Virus record (IMG/VR): IMGVR_UViG_3300013902_000010
Coordinates: 1 to 64,000 of that record
Length of the DNA stretch: 64,000 nucleotides
Source: an uncultured virus (IMG/VR IMGVR_UViG_3300013902_000010)
Taxonomy: Duplodnaviria; Heunggongvirae; Uroviricota; Caudoviricetes
Strand: one strand, 5' to 3'
The translations under genes were made by a program, and so were the position numbers. A model generated the notes under the pieces. It did no database searches. It worked only from the letters and a program-made list of their open reading frames with translations, and had not been told where the DNA came from. Positions 46,696-55,725 of the stretch are shown piece after piece. Numbering within the stretch: the first letter of the stretch is position 1; every line of letters starts with the position of its first letter.

Positions 46696-48375
46696 TTACT
46701 CCTCACCACGCTTGTAACGCTCGAATGCTTCCTTACGTTCCTTGTTGGTCTTGTAAGGAGATGGGTCGAACTCACGGAGAGTCTGAACCTTTGCACCCTC
46801 GCCATTGTTCTCAGGAGCCGCACCTGCATCAGGTGCCTCACCTGCATCCTCGCCGAGAGCCTTGATCTGTGCATCCTTGTCGGCGATGGTCTGCTCGGCG
46901 GTGGCGAGTGCATCCTTTGCACCCTTCAACTCCTCGTCAGCCTTAGCCTTGTCGGAAGTAAGATTTTTGATTTCCTCGTCCTTCTTGGCGATAGTCTCGT
47001 CTTTTTTGGCGAGGGCATCAGAATGCTCGGTGTTGAGATTTTCGATTGCCTTAGCGTGAGCCTGGTTTGCATCGGCGAGTGCTTTTTCAGCCACCGTCTG
47101 TGCATTCTTAGCTTCTGCTATCTGCGCGTTGGCTGCATCGAGTTTAGCCTGCAAGTCGGCAAGACTCTGCTCTGCCTGGGTAGCCTTCTGCTGTGCATCG
47201 ACTACCTGCTGCTTGGTTGTGTTAAGATGTGCTTCGAGCGTATCGAGAAGAGGGGCATTCATAAATGCGCCATCCTCCTTAACTGCCAAATCACCATCTT
47301 TCAGACACAAGGCAGCACTGATAAGTGGATAGTTTGCCATATTGATATTGAGTTTAGAATTGTTGTTATCCTGTTTTCGAGAAGAAGCCTTGTTAGGGTC
47401 TTCGGCTGGGTCGCTACTTGGCTCGTCTTCCGGCTCATCGGGAGCCTCACGGCTGATAGGTTCTGCCTTACCATCGTAGATGTCGAAGCAACGATGTACG
47501 CAAGAGAAGAAATCACTCTGGTCGTCCATCAAGATACCCTTTACCTTTTCTGCATCGAATATCTTTCCGTGTAGATGCTCATCCTTGGCGTTAGGGCAAG
47601 CCGCTTTAACGTCGGCTCTAAATTCCACGCCCAACTCGGCAAGTTCTTTTACGAGTGCCTTGGTGTTGCCATCGTTGGCTATATCACGGAACTCACGGTT
47701 CTTGTCGAAACTCTCAGGGTCGTACAACTCGTGGTAGGTCTCATCCGTAAACTGGTTTTTGCTACCATCTGCCTGGGTGTAGAATGCTGCCATCACACCG
47801 ATGCAACCGATTTCGTCTTTCGGGTGCATGTAGTATCGCTCGTCGCAAAGAGAAGCGAGGTACATACCTGCGCTGGCACACATGCCATCTACGAAGGCGA
47901 TAACTGGCTGACCCAAGGAACGGGCATACTCGATGGCTTGCTGATAATCGTTCTTAGCCCAAGCCGAACCACCAGGCGTATTGATGATAAAGATGTGACC
48001 TCGACAGAGCGGATGATTGGCCGCACGGATCATCATGTCTCGATGGTCGATGCTGCCATACGAGCAACCACCGCCATTGCGAGTGATAGGACCATCCACG
48101 GTGAGCACGCTCACGAATGGGAACGTCTGAAGGTCGTCCTCATCCAAAGCCCAGTTGCCACGTACCAGCTTGCCATCCTCGGAAATCTGATATTCCTCCG
48201 GATAAATCATCGCACCATCAGGAAGTGTCTCCTTGACGAAACCACAAGTCCTTTCGGGCTTCTCGAATACCGCATGGGTATTCAGGTTCTGCTCCAAGGC
48301 TTTCTTGATGCCATGCACAAAGGTTGGCGATACCATCCACTTCTTTTCGGTAAGGATTTCTAAAAGTCCTTTCAT
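46696..48375 (-). CDS. S49 family prohead protease fused to a coiled-coil scaffold
   Basis: INTPGG, GMCASAGMYLASLCD and IGCIGVM, plus an Ala/Lys/Glu coiled-coil C-terminal third. Confidence 0.9.
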   Translation of the reverse strand: MKGLLEILTEKKWMVSPTFVHGIKKALEQNLNTHAVFEKPERTCGFVKETLPDGAMIYPEEYQISEDGKLVRGNWALDEDDLQTFPFVSVLTVDGPITRNGGGCSYGSIDHRDMMIRAANHPLCRGHIFIINTPGGSAWAKNDYQQAIEYARSLGQPVIAFVDGMCASAGMYLASLCDERYYMHPKDEIGCIGVMAAFYTQADGSKNQFTDETYHELYDPESFDKNREFRDIANDGNTKALVKELAELGVEFRADVKAACPNAKDEHLHGKIFDAEKVKGILMDDQSDFFSCVHRCFDIYDGKAEPISREAPDEPEDEPSSDPAEDPNKASSRKQDNNNSKLNINMANYPLISAALCLKDGDLAVKEDGAFMNAPLLDTLEAHLNTTKQQVVDAQQKATQAEQSLADLQAKLDAANAQIAEAKNAQTVAEKALADANQAHAKAIENLNTEHSDALAKKDETIAKKDEEIKNLTSDKAKADEELKGAKDALATAEQTIADKDAQIKALGEDAGEAPDAGAAPENNGEGAKVQTLREFDPSPYKTNKERKEAFERYKRGEE

Positions 48376-48467
48376 GTGGAGAATCAAAAGTTTAATATTA
48401 ATGTATGTTTGCTGTTATCCTTGAAAACAATTCTTTTTACCTAAGAATGTTTCGCTTTTTCTGTGGG

Positions 48468-48504
48468 CAAAGGTAAGGCTTTTTACTTTCGAGATAGGGA
48501 CAAA
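48468..48504 (-). promoter_or_regulatory. Late-type promoter TTTGTCCC-N21-TACCTTTG (copy 4)
   Basis: Plus strand caaaggta 48468-48475 and gggacaaa 48497-48504. Confidence 0.75.
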
Positions 48505-48543
48505 AATAGGCTATATAAGGGATATAAGGAATGTATATAAACG

Positions 48544-48576
48544 AAAAAGCCCTGCTAACCTCACGGTCGGCAGGGC
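48544..48576 (-). terminator. Intrinsic terminator
   Basis: AAAAAGCCCTGCTAACC-TCAC-GGTCGGCAGGGC. Confidence 0.75.
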
Positions 48577-48639
48577 AATGAAACAATGGAATTTTTTCCA
48601 CAAAGTTTATATAGATATATCTGAAAATGGGATTGCAAG

Positions 48640-49128
48640 CTATCCAATGGTGATAGGGATATACTCCGACATCGCCTTGCAGGTAGCCGTCACGCTGCAC
48701 GTTTCGGCATTGTTTTGATGTGTCCTGCTGTCAGCGAAAGCGAAGGTGTTGGCTAACGTATAACAGAGATAGAGCGAATCATCTTGCTTCCGCAGGACTA
48801 TATAATAGTCTTTTCCGTGCATATTCTTACTGATTTCGGCAATATTCTCCTTGCCAGCCTCGATATTGGCGGTTATCTCGAACGAGAAGACGGTACCATT
48901 GCCAGCCTCCGAAGATGTCTGCTTGGCAGTGATGCTATCCGCCACCACATAATTGTCGCCCTCGCTCAACGAGATATGTAGGGCTTCGCCAGCAAACTTG
49001 CAGCCATTTATCTGCAAGATACGTGGCATACTGGATGGGATAGGGATGGTGCTATCTTGCATCGAATAGAAATAGGCATCCGTGATGCCATCGAGAAATA
49101 TTTCTCTACAACTTTCGGGTATTTTCAT
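48640..49128 (-). CDS. Hypothetical protein (possibly tail-tube-like fold)
   Basis: 162-aa beta-rich ORF. Confidence 0.65.
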   Translation of the reverse strand: MKIPESCREIFLDGITDAYFYSMQDSTIPIPSSMPRILQINGCKFAGEALHISLSEGDNYVVADSITAKQTSSEAGNGTVFSFEITANIEAGKENIAEISKNMHGKDYYIVLRKQDDSLYLCYTLANTFAFADSRTHQNNAETCSVTATCKAMSEYIPITIG

Positions 49129-49202
49129 ATCGTTTCCTTGATTTCTTAATAGTTTAACATTGTTTATATTGCGTATTAACGTCTATTATAACATGAATAA
49201 AC

Positions 49203-49934
49203 TTATACCCACTGTATCGCATCTATGCGTTTTACCTTATCTCGGCTATCCTCGTACTGCATATCCATACAGGAGTAAGCCTTGAAATAACAGTGTTCGG
49301 TGCGGAACCATCTGCCAATGATACGGCGTAATACGCATTTTTCCTCTTCGCTGGGTTCGATACCGTAGCGCATCAAATACCGCTCCAGCATAGCGTTCTG
49401 CGAGCGAGCGATAACCTTGCCTCTTGACGTGCAAAAATCAAAGGTAGATAAAGCCCATTCTACCAAGCTGCGCTTAAACTCATTGTTGAGCGACACAACC
49501 AATGCTCTGATGCCATGGGTATCGAGATTGAAGGTAGGCTTCACGGGATAGACGGTATCTACTATCTCCACTTCGCTGGGCAGGCGAATGCAAAGATAAT
49601 CCTCGTTGACACCCTTGGCAATGTCCTTACGACCATTGAGTCGCTGTACCTCGTTATAGGTGAGCCAGCTTCGCTCGTCGCGTGTCACGATAGCCTTGCC
49701 TCCTGCTGGATGCTTGCCCACCAGCATATTGCACCATTGCTGTTGCGAGAAGCAAGCCATGTCGATGCGGTTGCTTCGGGCAGGGGCGTTGATGAGCGAA
49801 TTGCGCATAATGAAATGCTCGTGGGTATAAGCATTGAATATCACAGGCTCTTCTCGCTGCAAGATGTAGTTCGGGTCTCGGTGTCTGAAGAACTGGCATC
49901 GAGACGTGGGGAGGCGAAGGTATATGTTCGGCAT
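49203..49934 (-). CDS. Hypothetical protein, candidate late-gene activator
   Basis: 243 aa, basic C-terminal helix pair (ERYLMRYGIEP...VLRRIIGRW). Lies near the end of the replication operon, before the head genes. Confidence 0.55.
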   Translation of the reverse strand: MPNIYLRLPTSRCQFFRHRDPNYILQREEPVIFNAYTHEHFIMRNSLINAPARSNRIDMACFSQQQWCNMLVGKHPAGGKAIVTRDERSWLTYNEVQRLNGRKDIAKGVNEDYLCIRLPSEVEIVDTVYPVKPTFNLDTHGIRALVVSLNNEFKRSLVEWALSTFDFCTSRGKVIARSQNAMLERYLMRYGIEPSEEEKCVLRRIIGRWFRTEHCYFKAYSCMDMQYEDSRDKVKRIDAIQWV

Positions 49935-49997
49935 GAGGAATAATTTATAATTTATAATGAATAATTTATAATTTATGATGAAGAATGAGGGGGCGGC

Positions 49998-50999
49998 TTA
50001 CTTCTTCGGCTTCTTGCTCATCTTATAGCAGAGCATGATGGCATCTGATACCTGGAGAGAGTAGTTGAGCGCATCCTTGGTGGCATCCACTTTGCACTTG
50101 GCTTTCTTCATCACATCATCGAGAAGCTTGGTCTCGCTTGGCGAGAGATTGAAGGCGAGGCGCACAGCGTCGATATAGCAACCGCCATTCTCTGTATGAC
50201 CGATGTAGGTTTCATCAAACTTATCCTTGGTACCAAAGAAGAGATTGATGGCTTCCACCATCTGCTCCTTGGTGTAAGATGGTATCATCGGCTTCAGTTT
50301 GCGATATTTGTCGCTGTAGGTCTTCAATCGCTTATCCAGATACTCGTTGATGCTATCCGCATAGTCGAAGTACAACTGGGCTTCCGGACTACTATCATCC
50401 TTGGAGCGAGCCGAATTGAAATAACCTCGAAGCTGCTGCATCACCTGTGCCACTGCATCAAACTGGTTAAACTCGATGCCACCGCCGAATACATCTCGCA
50501 TATCTGCCTTGATGTCGGTCAGCAATGACTCCAGCATATCAGCCAAAAACGTCATTTTATCCAGGTTGGCGGATAGTTTGTTTACTCGCTCTTGCATACC
50601 TTCCTTGCTATAATCTACATAATACTGCAGTAGGTGATTGAACGAGAGGAAATCGAACGTTACCTCCGAGCGAAGGTTGCTCTGCACCAAGATGGCAAAG
50701 AGCATATCAGCCAACTTGCGGTCTCGCTGCTGGATAGTACGTACCAAGTTTTGCATTTCAGCCGAAAGCGGATTGATACGCGCGGCGGTATTCACCAGGT
50801 TGTTGCGCTTCTGAACCATTTCCACGAAGTCGGGGTCGTGGAAAAGGAGATCCAACGTCTTGGCATACGTCTCGATAGGTACATCTTTGAAGTTGAAGGT
50901 ATAGCAAGTAGGCTGCATCTTGATTTTCGCCTCACGTCTTGCCTCTGCCTCCTGTTTGGCTTCCTGCTTGTTTTTATTCTTTTTATTGTTCTTCGACAT
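49998..50999 (-). CDS. Hypothetical helical protein
   Basis: 333-aa ORF. Confidence 0.75.
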   Translation of the reverse strand: MSKNNKKNKNKQEAKQEAEARREAKIKMQPTCYTFNFKDVPIETYAKTLDLLFHDPDFVEMVQKRNNLVNTAARINPLSAEMQNLVRTIQQRDRKLADMLFAILVQSNLRSEVTFDFLSFNHLLQYYVDYSKEGMQERVNKLSANLDKMTFLADMLESLLTDIKADMRDVFGGGIEFNQFDAVAQVMQQLRGYFNSARSKDDSSPEAQLYFDYADSINEYLDKRLKTYSDKYRKLKPMIPSYTKEQMVEAINLFFGTKDKFDETYIGHTENGGCYIDAVRLAFNLSPSETKLLDDVMKKAKCKVDATKDALNYSLQVSDAIMLCYKMSKKPKK

Positions 51000-51088
51000 A
51001 GTTATTTCCTATTGGTGGGGATGCCCGAAGACACCCCGATTTTTACTCTATAAATCCTCTATTTACCATAATAGCCCTTATAGAAAGT

Positions 51089-51250
51089 TTATCCTTTCGT
51101 CCGACTATGATGGTTTTGATAGCCCTTTAGCCAAGATGCAGGTGCTGGGTTCGCACAATTGAACGAGCAATTCACGCTATAAAGCATAGCGTGAAACTCG
51201 TCGATTTCCTCGGCTGTGAATGGGCAATCTTTATTGATACGGCGTGGCAT
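51089..51250 (-). CDS. 53-aa hypothetical protein (not in the ORF track)
   Basis: MPRRINKDCPFTAEEIDEFHAMLYSVNCSFNCANPAPASWLKGYQNHHSRTKG*. TAATG overlap with the MazG stop. Confidence 0.55.
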   Translation of the reverse strand: MPRRINKDCPFTAEEIDEFHAMLYSVNCSFNCANPAPASWLKGYQNHHSRTKG

Positions 51251-51639
51251 TAGCGTTCATCTCCTTCTCCAGCTATTACATTGCGTTGCTTACGAGAAGC
51301 GAGCTTAGCCAAGTTCTCTTCTGCCACATCTTCGAGCGATACGCCCATCACATGAGCCAAGCCAGCGGTCTGCCAAAGAATATCGCCGATTTCAGAAAGC
51401 ATCAGTTTTCGCTCTTCGTCGGTTACATTCCATACCTGGGTATGGCGGATATGGCCTTCCTCGTCTCTCTCGATGGTTGTGATATGAAGTTTGCCCTTGC
51501 GCATGTGCTTACCAGCCTTGGATGCAAACTCGCCAACCTCACCTGCAAGGTTAGCCAACATATAAAAAAGATTGTCGCTTTCAGGAAGGCAAGTTGACAT
51601 TGCCTTTTCCTGATATTCATTCATTGTAATATTTGCCAT
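51250..51639 (-). CDS. MazG-like nucleoside triphosphate pyrophosphohydrolase
   Basis: LAGEVGEFA...EIGDILW...LEDVAEENLAKLASR. Confidence 0.9.
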   Translation of the reverse strand: MANITMNEYQEKAMSTCLPESDNLFYMLANLAGEVGEFASKAGKHMRKGKLHITTIERDEEGHIRHTQVWNVTDEERKLMLSEIGDILWQTAGLAHVMGVSLEDVAEENLAKLASRKQRNVIAGEGDER

Positions 51640-51700
51640 TTTATTTGCGTTATTTTCTATCTATTGTAATATTTTCCAATCTTTTTCAAATTGGAAAGAA

Positions 51701-52597
51701 TTATATCTTAAAATCTGAAATGTACTGCTGCATACGTTCCACGATGATATTATGTATCAAAGTACCTATCATCTTAGCGTTAGGATGAGCTTTGCCAGTG
51801 GTCTCATGGAATCGAAGGTCCAGGATATGTTTCCACTCGGTGAGGTCGTAGGTATAAGCCACCACCGTATAGCAGTCTAGCGGAAGAACACCCCTTGCAT
51901 CTTGCGGCTTCATTCCGCTCTTCAGCAATCGCAAATATGCCCACTCGCTCACCTTGCAGCTAAGCTTGAAGAGAAACTTCTGCCATCGACTACCATCATG
52001 ATACCAGTGAGGCTTGGCTATCTGCACGCCACCCTTTTTCTCCATATTCACATATCGAGTGCTCTGCTCACTGATGCAGTTAGGCGATGTACGGTTCAGC
52101 TCTCGGCTAGTGCTTATCTGGGTAGTTACCACCATCGTCATACGAAGGAGCCAAAGAGCCTCCAAGTAATCATATTTCTTCGCCTTCTCGATAAACTCCT
52201 CTTCCTTGACATTGTAGGGAGAAAGCATCTGGAGCACATTGCCATGCTCGCAAAGAAACTGCATATTGGCAGAAATCCACACTTTGCGATCCTTTACATT
52301 ATAGTTAATGTAGGGTGATGAAACTAAGAAAGCCCAAACGTCCCTTGGTAGCTGGTTACTGTTCTTGATGAAGAAATAGAGCGTGCCATGGCGATACGTC
52401 GAACGATGCCCACTCTTCCAAAATCGGTTGGAAAGCTCGGTAGCCTGTTCCTCAAGAAACTCTTCTTTCTTGTCTTCGGGCATATCTGCATCAGGCTCCT
52501 TGCCTTTGCTTTTGTAGCAGATTCTGCCCACTTTGGCGATTTGCTGTGCAGCGGTCTTCTGCGGCCACCACTCCACGCCTGGAATAATCATTTTCAT
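51701..52597 (-). CDS. thyX: FAD-dependent thymidylate synthase
   Basis: GRICYKS, SGHRS, SRELNR...SEQSTRY, PQDARGVLP and LRF...AHP. Confidence 0.85.
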   Translation of the reverse strand: MKMIIPGVEWWPQKTAAQQIAKVGRICYKSKGKEPDADMPEDKKEEFLEEQATELSNRFWKSGHRSTYRHGTLYFFIKNSNQLPRDVWAFLVSSPYINYNVKDRKVWISANMQFLCEHGNVLQMLSPYNVKEEEFIEKAKKYDYLEALWLLRMTMVVTTQISTSRELNRTSPNCISEQSTRYVNMEKKGGVQIAKPHWYHDGSRWQKFLFKLSCKVSEWAYLRLLKSGMKPQDARGVLPLDCYTVVAYTYDLTEWKHILDLRFHETTGKAHPNAKMIGTLIHNIIVERMQQYISDFKI

Positions 52598-52665
52598 TTC
52601 TTATCGTATATTTTAACTTATTATTGAGTCGGTATATCATTCATTTGCTTATTCGGCATCCCTAC

Positions 52666-53196
52666 TTATTTGCAGGGAATACCAAGTTCCCGCTCACGTA
52701 TCTTCTTTGCCACAAAGGAGACCCAATCCCAAAGATGAAACATCGAACGATTATTTGGGATAAAATAATCGTAGCTATTGATGTCAAACTTAATGCGATA
52801 CTGGTCTCTGTCTGTTCGCTCATCGGCGATGCCTCTCTTGCGTATGGTTTCGGGCTTCGCCGACACATAGATGGCGATGATTTCCGCTTTCGGAAACTTC
52901 TCCATCAAGTTCATCAAGCCTTTCTCGTCGATAACATAGATAACGGTGCCCCATACTTGCTTCACTTCCGTCCAATATTCGTAGTCGCCATATCGGGTGT
53001 AAGCCAACACTTCCTTATCTTCAGGAAGGTAAGGACAATGCTTTACGAAGTGATGCTCCCTGCCTTCCACCTCGCCCTCACGCATCGGACGAGTAGTATA
53101 AGAGCATATCACCTCGTAATTAAGGATGGAAGACAACATCGTTGCCACCGTATCTTTGCCAGCCCCGCTGGGGCCTACTATTGTTATTATTCTCAT
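52666..53196 (-). CDS. gmk: Guanylate-kinase-like nucleotide kinase
   Basis: P-loop GPSGAGKD and SYTTRPMREGEVEGREHHFV. Confidence 0.85.
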   Translation of the reverse strand: MRIITIVGPSGAGKDTVATMLSSILNYEVICSYTTRPMREGEVEGREHHFVKHCPYLPEDKEVLAYTRYGDYEYWTEVKQVWGTVIYVIDEKGLMNLMEKFPKAEIIAIYVSAKPETIRKRGIADERTDRDQYRIKFDINSYDYFIPNNRSMFHLWDWVSFVAKKIRERELGIPCK

Positions 53197-53250
53197 ATTT
53201 AATTTGTATTATAATTTTGTCGCACAAAATAAGTAGGGGACGTGAAGCAA

Positions 53251-53308
53251 CCGTGAAATATTCGTGAAATATCCATGAAATATCCGTGAAATATCAGTGA
53301 AATATCCA
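53251..53308. repeat. Five 11-bp tandem units, consensus CCGTGAAATAT
   Basis: Units at 53251, 53262, 53273, 53284 and 53295. This is the reverse complement of the array at 3277-3324. Confidence 0.9.
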
Positions 53309-53325
53309 CCAATGGCTCTTTCCGT

Positions 53326-53621
53326 TTATCTTTGTAAGATTTTATTACTCGTTATCTCGAAATGCAGATTCGTGTATCTCTTCAATGTAGGATAGCTATC
53401 TTGTATCTTCTCCTGAAGACCATCGACGTTCATATCTACCACATATCGCCCCAGCTCAAAACTGAAAAACATCGGGAATACGATACCTACCTGACGAAGG
53501 AACTTTTCACCCCCCCCCCGAAACCGGACATCACATCGAAGAATATCTTAATCCATCGCTGTCCATTTCTGTCGAGCCAACTACCTTTAGGAGGCTGCGG
53601 CATTCTTCTTTTAGTCTTCAT
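53326..53621 (-). pseudogene. 98-aa gene interrupted at a G10 homopolymer (frameshifted, possibly phase-variable)
   Basis: ATG at 53621 reads MKTKRRMPQ...FFDVMSGFGGG. The run is C10 at 53510-53519 on the plus strand. With G11 or G8 the frame continues EKFLRQVGIVFP...SYPTLKRYTNLHFEITSNKILQR* to 53326. Confidence 0.7.
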
Positions 53622-53666
53622 AATCTATAACTTTATTAATTATTAATTATTAATTCTTAATCATCA

Positions 53667-54788
53667 TTACCCTCGCTCCCTCCATACCTGCTGTTTGATG
53701 GCGTGATATTCCGCATCGCCCAGGTTCTGACGAAAGGCATGAATCAGATAGTTGTATGTTACCGTATTACTGCTACCCAACTGCCTCCACTTTTGCGAAG
53801 TTTGAGCCGAATTGTATTTCTTGCTGCAAGCGGAAAGGTCGTGAAATAGCTGTTCTCCGTAAGGGTGAGCCTTTAATGCCCAACCGCACTTGGTCCACTC
53901 GTCATAGCTTTCGGTGATATTGATGCCTCTGCCAACAAGAGCCTTCACCATCAGTTCTATCAATCGGTCTTGTGTGCGAGGATCATTCCAGAAAGCCTTG
54001 CTTGCCTCCTGGTTGTAGTCCGAAGAGTGGTTGTTCGGAATTTCCGACATACCACTCTGTCCCGACTGTGGATAACGCTGTGGATAACTCCCCGAATAGC
54101 CTCTCTGTGCTTGTGGTACCACCTGCGGCTCATCCATCAGCATACCTCGGTATGGCTGCACATTCTCATTGATATATATATGGGCTGCATCATCCCAGGA
54201 TGCGAAGCGCACTCGTCCGATATTGCCACATTGCTTGTCGAGCACGATGCCGAGGGCTGCGTAATCTCGAAGCAAGGCTTTGAATTGTTCCTTGTGCTTA
54301 TCTGGATAAGCCAAGCGAACCAATCCGAAATATCCGGTACCCGAACAGGAGCGCATCAGCAAGCCTATCTCCGGACGGAAGCGAGCCACCATCTTGATGT
54401 TCTCGAAGTTGGAAAGCTGCTCATTGTCCTGCAAGTCGATGTCGATGGCGAGCCAGCCAGTATGCTGCTTCAAGTGGGTCTCTCTTCGAGATACCATCAC
54501 CATCTGCCCAGGGTGGGTGAGGCTTACGTCCTCGTAGAGAGAAAAGAGACCGCTCAACGTGGCTCCAGGCAACATCTTCTTGGTTTCGATATATTCAGGC
54601 ATCTTCTTTGCCTTGTCGCCATATTCCTGGCGCATCGCTCTTAATCGCTCCACATGCGGCTTCCATCTATCCGTCAGACAAAACTCACGGATAGACATCT
54701 GCTGAATGCACTCGCCCGTCTCTCTATCTACGAAGCGACCTTGTGCGTCCTTGGCTGACTCGTAGATGCTGCATATTTCCTCAAACAT
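53667..54788 (-). CDS. Primase-like protein (VirE N-terminal/BT4734-like domain plus PriCT-2-like domain)
   Basis: KKMLPGATLSG, HTGWLAIDID, RSCSGTG, LDKQCGNIGRVRFASWD and C-terminal YDEWTKCGWAL...FHDLS. Confidence 0.85.
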   Translation of the reverse strand: MFEEICSIYESAKDAQGRFVDRETGECIQQMSIREFCLTDRWKPHVERLRAMRQEYGDKAKKMPEYIETKKMLPGATLSGLFSLYEDVSLTHPGQMVMVSRRETHLKQHTGWLAIDIDLQDNEQLSNFENIKMVARFRPEIGLLMRSCSGTGYFGLVRLAYPDKHKEQFKALLRDYAALGIVLDKQCGNIGRVRFASWDDAAHIYINENVQPYRGMLMDEPQVVPQAQRGYSGSYPQRYPQSGQSGMSEIPNNHSSDYNQEASKAFWNDPRTQDRLIELMVKALVGRGINITESYDEWTKCGWALKAHPYGEQLFHDLSACSKKYNSAQTSQKWRQLGSSNTVTYNYLIHAFRQNLGDAEYHAIKQQVWRERG

Positions 54789-54931
54789 AGCTTACCTATA
54801 TTATATTACTAATTTTTCGCTGCAAAGATACATATTTTTATTGAAAAACAAGTGATAACCTATACTATATTTTTAAATTACTTATATTTTTAACATTTAA
54901 AACGATTAATATTAGTGCTTACCTATATTTT
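54788..54931 (-). promoter_or_regulatory. Promoter of the replication operon (TATCTTTG, 54823-54830) with TTACCTAT sites
   Basis: TAGCTTACCTATATT at 54788-54802 is identical to 44162-44176. GCTTACCTATATTTT occurs at 54917. Confidence 0.65.
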
Positions 54932-54968
54932 TCGTCGAAAAATGACAAAAGACGAATCAAGAAATCCC

Positions 54969-55548
54969 AAAAGTGGGAAAAGTGGGAAACGTGTTTTTGA
55001 AAAGTGGGAAAATTCTCGAAAAGTGGGAAAATCGTCTTGGATGCCCAATTTTCAAAAGTGGGAAAATTTTCAGAAGGCTTGTAAAGTTCACGCATTGTTC
55101 ATATATTGTTCACGCTTTGTACAACTTATTTTTGCCCTTATCTGCCACAAATTCAGCAAGTTATCTTATAAAAGTGGGAAAATTTAATTATTTTTTCTAA
55201 ATACACGGAGCGCAATGGTAAAAATATATTTTGAGAAATATAGAAAAATAGGCAAAAAATCTATGTTTTCAGCCCATATCTGCTTCTCAACTTATCCTCA
55301 TAACTAACTGATTGTTTGATGTTTACGGTATAGCCGTATATGCTACCTACTTTATGTTTGGAGTTGGGGGATTTTGATTTTTGGGAGGAGAAAAAATTGC
55401 GGAAAAATTTTATATATAATAGCGATTTTCGCAATATTTTCCCACTTTTGACACGAGGGTATGTTGTAAAGTGCAAAAAATCAACGAGTTACAAATGTGC
55501 AAAAATTATACACGGTGTTCGGGGTATTTTCCCACTTTTCCCACCTTT
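54969..55548. repeat. AAAAGTGGGAAA iteron cluster, probable replication origin
   Basis: Six forward copies (54969, 54978, 55000, 55019, 55054, 55170) and three inverted copies (55437, 55527, imperfect 55536) around an AT-rich core, next to the primase gene. Confidence 0.7.
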
Positions 55549-55586
55549 GCAAAAAATCTGCCCCAGGCGAGGGGTTCGGGGAATAG

Positions 55587-55618
55587 AAAAACCGCCTCGT
55601 TATCACAACGAAGCGGTT
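55587..55618 (-). terminator. Intrinsic terminator after the tape measure gene
   Basis: AAAAACCGCCTCGTT-ATCAC-AACGAAGCGGTT. Confidence 0.75.
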
Positions 55619-55725
55619 CTAAACAAAAACAACATAAATTTAAATAAATAAACCAACAAATCTATATAACATTAGAGAAAATATGAGTTTTCTTCCGTCT
55701 GTTTTCTTGGCCTACCTTGATAGTC

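Noticed and set aside
54915..55651. Short ORFs within the iteron region
   Set aside because: Their repeated KSGK/KWEN peptides simply reflect the iterons.
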